From positions 131,586-195,585 of the forward strand of contig PLMK01000042.1 of the NCBI GenBank assembly GCA_003142475.1: a DNA stretch of 64,000 nucleotides. Reading direction: 5' to 3'. This DNA comes from Ignavibacteriota bacterium. Lineage in GTDB: Bacteria > Bacteroidota > Ignavibacteria > UBA10030. Positions within the stretch are counted from its first letter, which is position 1, and the number at the start of each line of letters is the position of its first letter. A program made the translations under genes and the position numbers. The notes beneath the pieces are model-generated. The model was not told the DNA's origin. It worked only from the letters and a program-made list of their open reading frames with translations, and searched no databases. Of the stretch, positions 21,318-31,062 are shown piece after piece.

Positions 21318-22246
21318 CTACTTCTTATACACTGGCATACACCAATTGCGGTACTTTGTCACTCTGCCATACATGGCATCAAAAAATAGACCTCGTAATT
21401 TAAGTGTGAGCGGTCCCATTTTTCCATCAGCGATGAGGCGGTGATCGATCTTAGTAATAGAGGCAATCTGAACGCCGGTTCCACCAAAAAAGAGTTCATC
21501 CGCAAGAAATAATTCAGTCCGATCAATCGAGCGTTCCTGCACCTGCATCCCTAATTCATCTTGTATCAGTTGTATTAACGTACGGCGCACTATACCTTCT
21601 AAAATATTCTCGTTCACTGGCGGCGTTAGGAATACGCCGTTCTTCACTATAAAAATGTTTTCGGCAGAACCTTCGGAGACGTGGCCATTTTGGCTCAGGA
21701 CAATTGCCTCGTCAAATCCAGAAAGCTGCGCATCAGTTTTTTTGAGAGTGCCGAATTAACGTACGCACCGGTTATCTTGCCGCGTGCAGGAATCATATTA
21801 TCCTCCACACGCCACCAGGAGGAAATCGTTACGTGCGCACCTTCTTCCTGCTCTATATAACGTTCAAAAGGAACAGCAGCAATCGAGAGCCTCGGTGTAA
21901 GGTTATGCAAACGCACACCGATAATCTCATCGCCATAAAATGCCAGGGGGCGAATATAAATATTCTCGCGGAAATTCTGCTTTCGAATTAACTCAAGCGT
22001 CACTTCTGTCAAACTTTCTTTTGTGTACGGAAGCTCCATCCGAAGCAGCTTACTGGAATCGATAAAGCGCTTGTAATGATCGAGCGGCCGGAAGACAAAC
22101 ATTTGTTTCTCCTCGTTATTCCAGTACCCGCGGATGCCGCCAAATGTACCCGTACCGTAATTCAATCCATGCGTTAACACACCAACTTTTGCTTCTTTGT
22201 ATGGAACTATCTTGCCGTCGAAAAAGACTAATTCAGGTGTTGCCAT
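21318..22246 (-). pseudogene. ilvE: Branched-chain amino acid aminotransferase split by a frameshift at an A7 run
   Basis: HGLNYG, YIRP and GKITGAYVNS in ORF 21695-22282; GFDEAIVL..VSEGSAEN..ILEGIVR continue in another frame after T7 at 21737-21743. Confidence 0.85.
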
Positions 22247-22271
22247 TTGTAAATCCTTTCTACTCAAAATA

Positions 22272-22409
22272 AAAACCATCACGGATAGTCTTCCTTGCCT
22301 GTTTGCCGCTTCGCTTTGTCAGGCTCACCTAAGTTTGAAGTGTCACTTAGACGCCATAGCTTCAGCGACGTAGCGCATTAGCGAGCAGGCGGAAGAACTT
22401 TATGGTTTT
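22272..22409. repeat. Long imperfect inverted repeat / REP-like mosaic upstream of ilvE
   Basis: aaaaccat..tcttcc(tt)gcctg pairs with caggcggaaga..atggtttt; internal ctaagt/acttag stem. Confidence 0.55.
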
Positions 22410-22437
22410 GATATATAAAAGATAAGAAAAACCCTGA

Positions 22438-23592
22438 TTAACACCAGACACCGGGAATTTTTTCTCCGCAGAACTTACACTTCCCTTTTACAATGTAATT
22501 GGTAAGGACGGTAAACGCGCTTCTCTCAACGATAATCTTCTTGCACTTGTAACAAATAGTGTTTTCTGCCCAATGACCTGCGACATTCCCTAAATAAATA
22601 TATTGTATCCCAGACTTCGCCGCAATATTGTATGCTTTTTCCAGCGTTGCGGTTGGTGTGGGGGGAAGTTGGCTGAGTTTGTAAAGCGGTGTAAACCGGC
22701 TGAAGTGCAGCGGTGCATCGAACAAACCGTTGGTGCATAGCCACTCGCACATTCGTTTGATTGTATCGAAGTTGTCTGTCCACGTTGGGATGACAAGATT
22801 GGTAATCTCCAACCAGACACCTTCTTCGCGCAGCACTTTCAACGTCCTGAGCACCGGTGCGAGTTTACCGGAACCGAGTGTTGCGTATGTTTCCTCATCG
22901 AAAACTTTCAAATCGATATTTGCCGCATCAAGCACCTTGCACAATTGCCGTAAAGGTTTTTCGTTGATGTATCCATTAGACTTCCACAGGTTGCAGATCT
23001 TTTTATCGCGTGCCAGCTTTGCTGTATCGTATGCGTATTCGTAAAATGTTGTCGGCTCGGAGTAAGTGTATGCAATAGATTCAGAATTGGAATTGACACA
23101 CGCTTTGACAACTTCTTCCGGCATCAAGTCAACATTATCGGATTCTTTAGGACTAACTTGTGAAATTTGCCAATTCTGACAATTGAGACACCGGAAATTA
23201 CATCCTGCAACGGCGATTGAGAATGCGTGTGTCGACGGCAAAAAATGGAAAAACGGTTTCTTCTCGATCGGATCGATATGCACAGCGCATGGATTGCCAT
23301 AAGCGATAGTATAAATTTTTCCGCTGCTCGCAACGCGATTTCTGCAAAAACCAACATCACCATCGTTCAACAAGCAACCCTGCGGACATTTTTCACACTG
23401 TAATCCATCAGCGGTCTTTGTATAAAAGAGCGCTTCCTTGCTGAACTTTCCTAAATCATTGTTCGATGTAAGTGAAAACCAATTTGTATTGAACGCGCCG
23501 ATAGCAAGTCCACCAGTACAAAAAGCGCACTGGCGGAGAAATTCACGTTTGGTAATGAAATGTGATTGTATAAATTCCTTTTTTAAATTCAT
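22438..23592 (-). CDS. amrS: AmmeMemoRadiSam system radical SAM enzyme
   Basis: CEKCPQGC, DPIEKKP, CNFRCLNCQNW (CxxxCxxC) and YTYSEP motifs. Confidence 0.92.
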   Translation of the reverse strand: MNLKKEFIQSHFITKREFLRQCAFCTGGLAIGAFNTNWFSLTSNNDLGKFSKEALFYTKTADGLQCEKCPQGCLLNDGDVGFCRNRVASSGKIYTIAYGNPCAVHIDPIEKKPFFHFLPSTHAFSIAVAGCNFRCLNCQNWQISQVSPKESDNVDLMPEEVVKACVNSNSESIAYTYSEPTTFYEYAYDTAKLARDKKICNLWKSNGYINEKPLRQLCKVLDAANIDLKVFDEETYATLGSGKLAPVLRTLKVLREEGVWLEITNLVIPTWTDNFDTIKRMCEWLCTNGLFDAPLHFSRFTPLYKLSQLPPTPTATLEKAYNIAAKSGIQYIYLGNVAGHWAENTICYKCKKIIVERSAFTVLTNYIVKGKCKFCGEKIPGVWC

Positions 23593-23633
23593 AACAAAAT
23601 GTTATATCAAAACGATCAACAACGAACAACTGA

Positions 23634-25145
23634 TCACTTACTATTTCTCTTCTTTTCACCGAATACTAACGCTTCATATACATATAACTCAGCATCTTTC
23701 CATCCATTCCAGCCAATACCCGCTTTGTCCTGAGCACAATGACCCAGGAATTCTTCTTTCGTCCATCCAGTTTCAATTGCCACTTGCGGCAGGAATGTTC
23801 CGGAGCGAGATCCTTTTCGGATGTAGATACCGTGTTTGCCAAGTTCTATTTCATCGATTGAGCTGATTCGCCTCATTGGCGTAAGCACGGAGATTTCAAT
23901 TTCAAGTTGCGGAATTTCGTTCGATTCAACAGGTGGGAAGCGATAATCCTGTGTCGACGATGCAATTGCCATCTCCTGCACAACTTTGTATAGCGACTCG
24001 CTCGCATCGAATCTCCCAATGCATCCGCGCAAGTTGCCGTATTTTTTTAGAGTAACAAATGCACCGCAGTTTGTTTTCAATATCGATGACAAATTCTTCT
24101 CGTCTATTTCAGGTTTCGTGTTATTCTTCACATAACGCTCAACTGTGTTACGTGCAATCGCCAGCAGATCTTTCTTGTCTTTATCAGTAAGATTGAATTC
24201 CGATCGTCCCTTCTTCTCTTTCAATGAAACAGCAATTGCATTGTAGCCAACAACTCGGTTCTTCTCTCCATATTCCGTGTCACCGGAATTCTTGTATTGA
24301 ACATGTGTATACGTAACATCGGTATTGCTTTCGGTCATATAAAGAAGCGTTAGTACACTTGTCCAACCGCAAAGGCAGGTGGCAAGGTTGGAAAAACCCT
24401 TCTGCTCGTAATTCGCCATTGAGCGAATAAGATTTTCTGGTGAATTGGTGAGAATCGCATCGACGGTTGCTTTATCGATATTCTTTGCATCAGCGTATGA
24501 TGGATAGTGCGAGAAATCTGTACTGATGACAAAAAGATTCTTCGTGTTTAAGTATGGTCGAAGTGCTTCGGCAATACGCTTGCAGGTTTGAGGCGACTGC
24601 GTTCCAAGAATAATTGGCACAATTTTAAAATCCTTCTTCAATCGATATTGGAGAAAAGGAAGCTGTACTTCCAAACTGTGCTCACGGGCATGTGCATCTG
24701 TTCGATTGGAGAAGATACTGCTATTCTTGATAAGTTGATCTGCAAGCTCAGTGTTCACCTTCACTGTGCCAAGCGGCGTTATAAAATTGCCCTGCGAGTA
24801 AATCGATGCACCCTCAAAAGCGATGTAGTGACTTGAACCGAGGACGAAGATGTTCTCGTATTCTTTCGTCGTATCTATTTGGTTAATCGCCGATGCTGCA
24901 ACTTCCCCAGAAAAAACATATCCTGCATGTGGAGAAATGATTGCAATAATATTTTGAATATTTTTTGATGGGATAGCATTTGTGAAGAGCTGCTTCAATG
25001 TTGCATCGAGTTCTTCCTGCCTGGCGGGATAAAACGAACCTGCAACAGCGGGCTGCCGGTCGATTTTATTTTCTTGCGATTGGCAATCGGCGCATAAAAG
25101 CAGGGAGCAAGAAGCAAGGATTGTAATAGTCTTTGTCTTAAGCAT
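23634..25145 (-). CDS. amrB: AmmeMemoRadiSam protein B (MEMO) fused to protein A (AMMECR1)
   Basis: AVAGSFYP, PHAGY, EHSLEVQLPFLQ and STDFSHY; then FVTL..LRGCIG and FLPQVA. Confidence 0.92.
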   Translation of the reverse strand: MLKTKTITILASCSLLLCADCQSQENKIDRQPAVAGSFYPARQEELDATLKQLFTNAIPSKNIQNIIAIISPHAGYVFSGEVAASAINQIDTTKEYENIFVLGSSHYIAFEGASIYSQGNFITPLGTVKVNTELADQLIKNSSIFSNRTDAHAREHSLEVQLPFLQYRLKKDFKIVPIILGTQSPQTCKRIAEALRPYLNTKNLFVISTDFSHYPSYADAKNIDKATVDAILTNSPENLIRSMANYEQKGFSNLATCLCGWTSVLTLLYMTESNTDVTYTHVQYKNSGDTEYGEKNRVVGYNAIAVSLKEKKGRSEFNLTDKDKKDLLAIARNTVERYVKNNTKPEIDEKNLSSILKTNCGAFVTLKKYGNLRGCIGRFDASESLYKVVQEMAIASSTQDYRFPPVESNEIPQLEIEISVLTPMRRISSIDEIELGKHGIYIRKGSRSGTFLPQVAIETGWTKEEFLGHCAQDKAGIGWNGWKDAELYVYEALVFGEKKRNSK

Positions 25146-25277
25146 AAGGCAAACCTTACATTGTCCGATAGAAACTTAGCGAGAAGAAGGAAGAGTTGCA
25201 AGCTGAGTTTGTCGAACGATAGAAATAAACACGCACATAAGCAATTATGTGGCGATCTATTTCTTCCTCTCTCTTAT

Positions 25278-26138
25278 TTAAAATGCAGATTTAGCTAATT
25301 GAACAGATAGCCATAATTCCATCTGTTTTGTTTTTTCTAAATTTCCGAAACGACCACCTTGATGTCCGCTGCCGCGGGATCTTCTACCTCCACCAATGCT
25401 GCCTTCTTCTGCAGGATTATCTTCGCCCACTCCTTCACTATGGTCGTGTCCACTTCCGACGCGCATGTCGCCTTTACTTTGTTCTGGTTTGAATTCACCT
25501 GTTTCGAATTCAATTCCGATGCGGTGATTTGAAATTGGTTCGATGGCAAATGGATGCTCAGAAGTTTTCTTTAATGGTACACGCAATTCATATACTAATG
25601 TCTCACGAGTGCGGCCAAGCTTCACTCGGATATCAGGTGCTTCTAACGCTGAGAACCGTTGAATATTTTCTTTCTTTGGACCAATAATTTCCATTTCAGG
25701 AAACTCTTGGTCAAGAAATAATTGAGGTTTTTCTTCGTTGCTATCAGGAGAAAATCCGGCATGTGTTCTTTGCCGGCTCATTGGATATTGGATACCAAAC
25801 GTCTGATTTCTTCCGTCTTCTCTATCAAACCAAACCGTTAAACCCTGTCGCATAATTTGCATTTGCGTGGATCGATTTTGAGTTTTTAGAAAAATGTAAA
25901 CATATTTATCATCGTTCCGCACACCATAGACCATATCGGATTCTTTATCGTAATATAATCCGCGCTGCCATTCAGAATCGCTGCCATCAATATTCATCTC
26001 GCCCTGCTGCCAATCACTGGCGAGTTTAAAACTACCGCTGCAGCCATTCAGCAGGATCAACACCACCAGCATCGCCAGTAAGGAAAGAGATGGTATGCAT
26101 ATGCACAGCCGTCGTTTTAACATTGTTGTGTTCATCAT
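25278..26138 (-). CDS. Hypothetical lipoprotein
   Basis: Lipobox LLNGC; IDGSDSEW; Gly-rich C-terminal region. Confidence 0.7.
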   Translation of the reverse strand: MMNTTMLKRRLCICIPSLSLLAMLVVLILLNGCSGSFKLASDWQQGEMNIDGSDSEWQRGLYYDKESDMVYGVRNDDKYVYIFLKTQNRSTQMQIMRQGLTVWFDREDGRNQTFGIQYPMSRQRTHAGFSPDSNEEKPQLFLDQEFPEMEIIGPKKENIQRFSALEAPDIRVKLGRTRETLVYELRVPLKKTSEHPFAIEPISNHRIGIEFETGEFKPEQSKGDMRVGSGHDHSEGVGEDNPAEEGSIGGGRRSRGSGHQGGRFGNLEKTKQMELWLSVQLAKSAF

Positions 26139-26348
26139 TCTTCCATTTGCTATGTGACAATATCTTTGCTCGTCGATAAATTACATAAATTTGACGAATG
26201 ATAAATGCCTTAGTTTCATAAATGTAATAATTTATATTAAGTTATTGGTATAAAATTTATTTTGTGAAACGTCTGTTTCACTAATTGAGTTCATGGAAAA
26301 AGAATACTACATTTTCTTTAGGAACGACATTCATAAGGAATTAAAAAA

Positions 26349-27122
26349 ATGACATCACTCACTAATACTGTTGTTTTCATCACCGGTGCTAGCAGCGGCA
26401 TTGGCCGTTCGTGTGCACGCACATTTGCTGAAGCCGGCGCAAAACTCATTCTCGCCGCTCGCCGCAAAAACCGATTGGAAAAACTCGCAGCAGACTTAAA
26501 AAAACAATTCAATACCGAAACATTTATTGACGAATTAGACGTACGTGACAACCGTGCTGTAGCAAAGTTTTATAAAAATCTTCCTGTGGAATGGCGGAAT
26601 ATAGACATTCTCGTCAACAATGCCGGACTAAGCCGCGGACTAGATAAGTTATATGAGGGAAAATTTGAAGACTGGGATGAAATGATCGACACGAACGTAA
26701 AGGGGCTGCTCTACGTCAGCCGTACAGTGCTTCCCGGAATGGTAAAGCGTAAGAAAGGCACAGTCATCAACATCGGTTCCATTGCCGGGCATGATGTGTA
26801 CACATGCGGAAATGTGTATTGCGCAACCAAGCATGCCGTCGATGCTCTTACCAAAGGAATGCGGATGGATTTAGTTGATACACCGATTCGCGTATGCACA
26901 GTTGATCCCGGATTAGTGGAAACGGAATTCAGCGAAGTGCGCTTTCACGGCGACAAGGAACGCGCAAAAAAAACATATCAGAACATGACGCCGCTAACAC
27001 CCGACGATATCGCAGACGCCGTTTTATTCGCAGCTACACGTCCACCGCACGTACAAATTGCAGAGTTAATTATTATGCCGACCGCGCAAGCTTCAACAAC
27101 GCTTGTGCATCGCACACAGTGA
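26349..27122 (+). CDS. SDR oxidoreductase (YdfG-like)
   Basis: TGASSGIG, NNAG, YCATK and PGLVETEFS motifs. Confidence 0.93.
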   Translation: MTSLTNTVVFITGASSGIGRSCARTFAEAGAKLILAARRKNRLEKLAADLKKQFNTETFIDELDVRDNRAVAKFYKNLPVEWRNIDILVNNAGLSRGLDKLYEGKFEDWDEMIDTNVKGLLYVSRTVLPGMVKRKKGTVINIGSIAGHDVYTCGNVYCATKHAVDALTKGMRMDLVDTPIRVCTVDPGLVETEFSEVRFHGDKERAKKTYQNMTPLTPDDIADAVLFAATRPPHVQIAELIIMPTAQASTTLVHRTQ

Positions 27123-27166
27123 CATACTGGAAGTTATCTTGGATGCGACAAAAAAAATATGGAGGC

Positions 27167-27194
27167 AGGTGTCGACTACGCTTATCCGACTTAC
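27167..27194. repeat. Degenerate REP-like palindrome
   Basis: gtcgactacgcttatccgacttac resembles GTAG-type REP ends; lies between convergent genes. Confidence 0.3.
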
Positions 27195-27235
27195 ATTATT
27201 TTTAAGAAGCTTATATACAAGAGAATTTACTGTCT

Positions 27236-27865
27236 CTACTGAATGATTTTATGTTTATACGCATATTTGACCAATTCGATGTTTGACTTTGCATGAAGTT
27301 TAGCCAGCACGCGTTTGCGGTAGGAGTTGATTGTATTAATTGAAACCTTATACTCCCCGGCAATTTCTTTGGAACTTTTTCCTTCTGCTAATCCTCGTAA
27401 CACTTCGAATTCGCGATCGGACAAATCATGATGTTTTGGCTTTTCTATAGTCTCATCGATAAGATCTGGAAGTTCTTGCTGAACTTCCGGGCTGAAATAT
27501 TTCATACCTCGAGTAACTGTTCGTACTGCTTTGATTAATTCTTCTCCCGGTTCGGATTTTGTTAAGTAGCCGGATGCTCCCGCCTGCAATACTCTGCGCG
27601 CATACTGCGACACAGGAACCATGCTCAAAACCAATACCGGCACTTTCGATTCGATAGATCTAATCGAACTAAGAATTTCAAGTCCCCCTTTTCCCTGAAG
27701 ATTGATATCGAGAACAATGATATCCCACTTATTATTTTTTATTTGCTCCATGGCATCTTCATAAGTTCCTGCCAGCGCGAGTTTTGTAATTTCGAAATTG
27801 TCGGTCAAAATGTGACCAACACCTTCACGCGTAAATTCATGATCATCGACAACAAGCGCTCTCAA
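27236..27865 (-). CDS. NarL/LuxR-family response regulator
   Basis: VDDH, LDINL, GASGYLTK, LSDREFEVL and HTH; TTGA overlap with the kinase. Confidence 0.93.
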   Translation of the reverse strand: MRALVVDDHEFTREGVGHILTDNFEITKLALAGTYEDAMEQIKNNKWDIIVLDINLQGKGGLEILSSIRSIESKVPVLVLSMVPVSQYARRVLQAGASGYLTKSEPGEELIKAVRTVTRGMKYFSPEVQQELPDLIDETIEKPKHHDLSDREFEVLRGLAEGKSSKEIAGEYKVSINTINSYRKRVLAKLHAKSNIELVKYAYKHKIIQ

Positions 27866-28695
27866 AGTGAGTCACCTCCCGCCTTTGCCACATTTGCCTC
27901 GTTTAATTGATTTCCGCCATGGATCGGAGCGCTTAAAATAACGCATGTGCCTTTTCCGGGATTGCTTGTGATTGCAATTTTTCCTCCTAACATCCGGGCG
28001 CGTTCCTGCATGCTCAAAATTCCTAATGATTCAGGATGGGCGATCATCGCCTGGTCAATGCCCTTACCATTGTCTGCAATCTCCACTCGAAGTTCACCAT
28101 CGTTCAATTGCATTGCAACTTCAGCACGCGTTGCCCCTGAATGACGGGCAACATTGGTCAATGCTTCCTGAATGATTCTATAAACTCCGGTTGCCACCGC
28201 ATCATCCAAGGATGGAAGCTTATTTATTTCTTTAAGTTTTACTTCGATTGATGTTCGCTTTGTGAATTCACGCGTATGCCATTCTACCGCCGCTTCCAAT
28301 CCGACTGTATCTAAAATTTTCGGCCGCAATCCGGAAGAGATTCTCTGGACTGTTTTCGTTGTTGTATCCACCATTGCCCGAATAGTTTGGAACCGTTCTT
28401 TTACGACACTTTTCATTGCCGTATGTTTCCCTAACCAGAGCAAATCATACTTGATACCAGTGAGAGCGCCGCCGAGTTCATCGTGCAGTTCGCGGGCAAT
28501 TTGTTTTTGTTCTTCCTCCCGTGCCGATTGAAGTTTTTCTGAAAATATTTGCATTTGGCGGATTCGTTCACGTTGAGCGGCTTCGATTTTGCGATGACTG
28601 CGCACCATCATTATTACAAAAAATAAAAACAGCCCAAGCACTACCGTGGTAACACTGAAAATTGCTGTAAGTATTATGTTCGAGTCTGAGGACAC
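27862..28695 (-). CDS. HisKA_3 histidine kinase with a single N-terminal TM and no sensor domain
   Basis: IARELHDELG, QEALTNVARHS, DNGKG and GKGT motifs. Confidence 0.92.
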   Translation of the reverse strand: MSSDSNIILTAIFSVTTVVLGLFLFFVIMMVRSHRKIEAAQRERIRQMQIFSEKLQSAREEEQKQIARELHDELGGALTGIKYDLLWLGKHTAMKSVVKERFQTIRAMVDTTTKTVQRISSGLRPKILDTVGLEAAVEWHTREFTKRTSIEVKLKEINKLPSLDDAVATGVYRIIQEALTNVARHSGATRAEVAMQLNDGELRVEIADNGKGIDQAMIAHPESLGILSMQERARMLGGKIAITSNPGKGTCVILSAPIHGGNQLNEANVAKAGGDSL

Positions 28696-29315
28696 AGGAA
28701 TCCTATTGTAAAAAGTATGTTGAAGAGGATTTTAAGGCTCCAATCTAAAGAAGTAACAAGAAATAGATTTTCTGTTGAATAATGTATGAGAATTCCTCGT
28801 AATGCAATAGTCACGAGTGTACCTGCATAATAGATCACAAAGGAAAGAAGAATCCAAAAATAGCTATGGTTCATTAAGGGCTGAATTCGATTACCTATAA
28901 CAACAAACAATGTATATCCAGCTCCAAGAGTAAGGAGAACTTGTGAAGCACTTGCCGTAACTGAATATAATCCATTCATAGGTTCAAATGTAAGTTTTGC
29001 AATAACCCAAAACAGTATATAAAGTAGCATCAACGCCTGAAAAAATCTTTTCATCCGACGCGACTCTTGCCAAATGGAAATGATTGACATAATAAACATG
29101 TATTCTATGAGATAATATACGTGTACAAGTCCTAGAGTAAATTGATATCCTCTAGCGAACCATACAAAATAAATATCTGCAGCAAATGCAACTATGAGAT
29201 AATAAAAGAGGATTTTTATTCCATCATGTAAAATCCTTATTTTAAAAATTCCAGCTCCAATCGGTAAAATCGGACTGAAGTGCGATATATAAGCAAAGAA
29301 AGGATATTGATTCAT
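28674..29315 (-). CDS. Stand-alone multi-pass (about 7 TM) membrane protein, candidate receptor
   Basis: Hydrophobic throughout; YYLIEY and FWILLSFVIYY segments; overlaps the kinase start by 22 bp. Confidence 0.8.
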   Translation of the reverse strand: MNQYPFFAYISHFSPILPIGAGIFKIRILHDGIKILFYYLIVAFAADIYFVWFARGYQFTLGLVHVYYLIEYMFIMSIISIWQESRRMKRFFQALMLLYILFWVIAKLTFEPMNGLYSVTASASQVLLTLGAGYTLFVVIGNRIQPLMNHSYFWILLSFVIYYAGTLVTIALRGILIHYSTENLFLVTSLDWSLKILFNILFTIGFLCPQTRT

Positions 29316-29416
29316 CTACTAAGTTGTTTCTAAAATAAGTACTATAAGTTTTATAAGTAACTAATCAGAATGTCGTTAAATCAATAAATATACACGTTTG
29401 TTGCGGCATCTGAATT

Positions 29417-29459
29417 ATAATGCAGTAGAGTTGCCTGGTGTACAACTCCTCCACATTAT
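29417..29459. terminator. Intergenic stem-loop (possible attenuator or stabiliser)
   Basis: ataatgcagtagagttg / caactcctccacattat, 13/17 inverted match. Confidence 0.4.
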
Positions 29460-29506
29460 TTTATTTTAAGATAGTAAATGAATTATGCTCTTGCAATCTA
29501 TGCATG

Positions 29507-29878
29507 CTAATTACCACAAAAGGGAGGACATATGATTGTCGGACCAGCTATGAGATTTGATACCATATCTCTACCATGTTTATCAACTCCAACAATCACG
29601 AATCCAAATTTGCCGTCTGCACGCTTGCCATAATATGTGCGAACTCCAACACAGCCGGGTTGCTTCATAGTTTTTTCTACAACATCCTTTCCAATATAGT
29701 GAGCAAGCATTGCATCCGATGGCACAGAGATGCGGTGTATGTTTGTCAAGGCGGTTGCATCCTGTATTGATATTGATTGTCCTGCATTCATAGATTTATC
29801 GGTTGATGGATAGATGATGAGTACGATTGCGCTTAGTGCGAAAATCGAGATAATGGTAAGAGTTCTCTTTATAGACAT
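29507..29878 (-). CDS. Small exported protein with C-terminal CPPFC motif
   Basis: N-terminal hydrophobic signal; QPGCVGVRTYYG..VIVGVD..CPPFCGN; AAGGAG SD. Confidence 0.8.
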   Translation of the reverse strand: MSIKRTLTIISIFALSAIVLIIYPSTDKSMNAGQSISIQDATALTNIHRISVPSDAMLAHYIGKDVVEKTMKQPGCVGVRTYYGKRADGKFGFVIVGVDKHGRDMVSNLIAGPTIICPPFCGN

Positions 29879-30004
29879 TTATATTCTCCTTAAGAATAAA
29901 ATATATTTTGTGTGACTGCCAATTGACAGGATATCTTGGAACGTGAAATTCGAAAAGCAGTGCGGCAGGGAGCGACTTGGAGGGGAATTACAATTCTCAA
30001 ACAT
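29879..30004 (-). CDS. Possible 41-aa upstream ORF
   Basis: AAAGGA SD, ATG 30004, MFENCNSPPSRSLPHC...RRI; its TAA abuts the next ATG in frame. Confidence 0.3.
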   Translation of the reverse strand: MFENCNSPPSRSLPHCFSNFTFQDILSIGSHTKYILFLRRI

Positions 30005-30078
30005 CGTGGTCCTTTCAATATAGTTTAAGATATGTGACTAAAGAAAACTATGTGTCAATTTTTCATCCAGCATGTTTC

Positions 30079-30100
30079 TATTAGTCTCCCTTGACTAATA
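30079..30100. promoter_or_regulatory. Perfect inverted repeat, candidate regulator-binding site
   Basis: TATTAGTC-N6-GACTAATA. Confidence 0.4.
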
Positions 30101-30744
30101 TTTAAATTTAACATCCTCATAGTCCCGACAAACAAGGATGAGGTTTTCTATCATTACTGCCGCCTATATGCCAGACTGAAGCGGCACCCCGCTAAATTGG
30201 AACGCGTTATTTGATGCAAAAAGCAATATACATTCTGGCCTTGTATAACAATAGTGAAATCAACAATTATTTCTGCCGTTATTTACATATTAAGCTACAC
30301 CATTACGTACTAATTGTCTGTCGTATTTTAACCAATTGTTTGTAGCGATTTTGGTGCAAGTATTTGTCGTAAAAAACAGATAATTTGATAACATTAATAT
30401 GTTCAAGCATGAAAAATGGAATTTTATCGTTCCAATTCCTTGTTTTCTACCATATAATATGGTTTTTCGAGGTATTTATAAACAAATTCTCACTCTTTAA
30501 TTCCGTCCGATCAGCAATATGCATAATGAAATTACGGCAAAGTATTGGTGAAAATACGACATGCAGAATACTTGCTTTTCTATACGCGTTCAATGTATAT
30601 TGGGTTGCAGGGTTTTCGCACTCATAAATATGAGTTGTGAAAAATTTTAAAAGTTTTTTGTACATCAATATTATTTAAGTATACATATTAGATTCCAAAC
30701 CTGTTGGTGGCGTTCAATATGCATATGCATAGAAATCAGAGCAG

Positions 30745-31062
30745 ATGCTGAAAACTATGAACGAGGAGGATAAAAAAATGTCTACTGAAATAATTCTTCA
30801 TGAAGCAACCGCAGTCTTACAAGCTGCACTTCACCATGCATCAGAACTCTCAGAGGTTGGAGTAACTGATGACGAGTTTCTTCTTATGCGTGTTCTCATT
30901 ACGAGCGTCGCTGCGCATTCCTATACTTCGCTGGGAAAGAATATTGACTTACATGACGAAGTGCACAAACTTAAAAATTTGAAGGATGTCATTGTCAGAA
31001 CGGCGGAAAAGCGGTTTGGCCAAACAAACAAGGTGTTGGATGAATTCAGATATGTCGCATAG
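30745..31062 (+). CDS. Hypothetical protein
   Basis: Helical-looking ORF; GAGGAGG SD before the internal ATG 30778. Confidence 0.6.
   Translation: MLKTMNEEDKKMSTEIILHEATAVLQAALHHASELSEVGVTDDEFLLMRVLITSVAAHSYTSLGKNIDLHDEVHKLKNLKDVIVRTAEKRFGQTNKVLDEFRYVA

Noticed and set aside
26265..26280. TGAAAC-N4-GTTTCA as parS
   Set aside because: Does not match TGTTTCACGTGAAACA; at most an unassigned operator.
30385..30668. Short overlapping ORFs on both strands
   Set aside because: AT-rich intergenic sequence with no SD or recognisable motifs.
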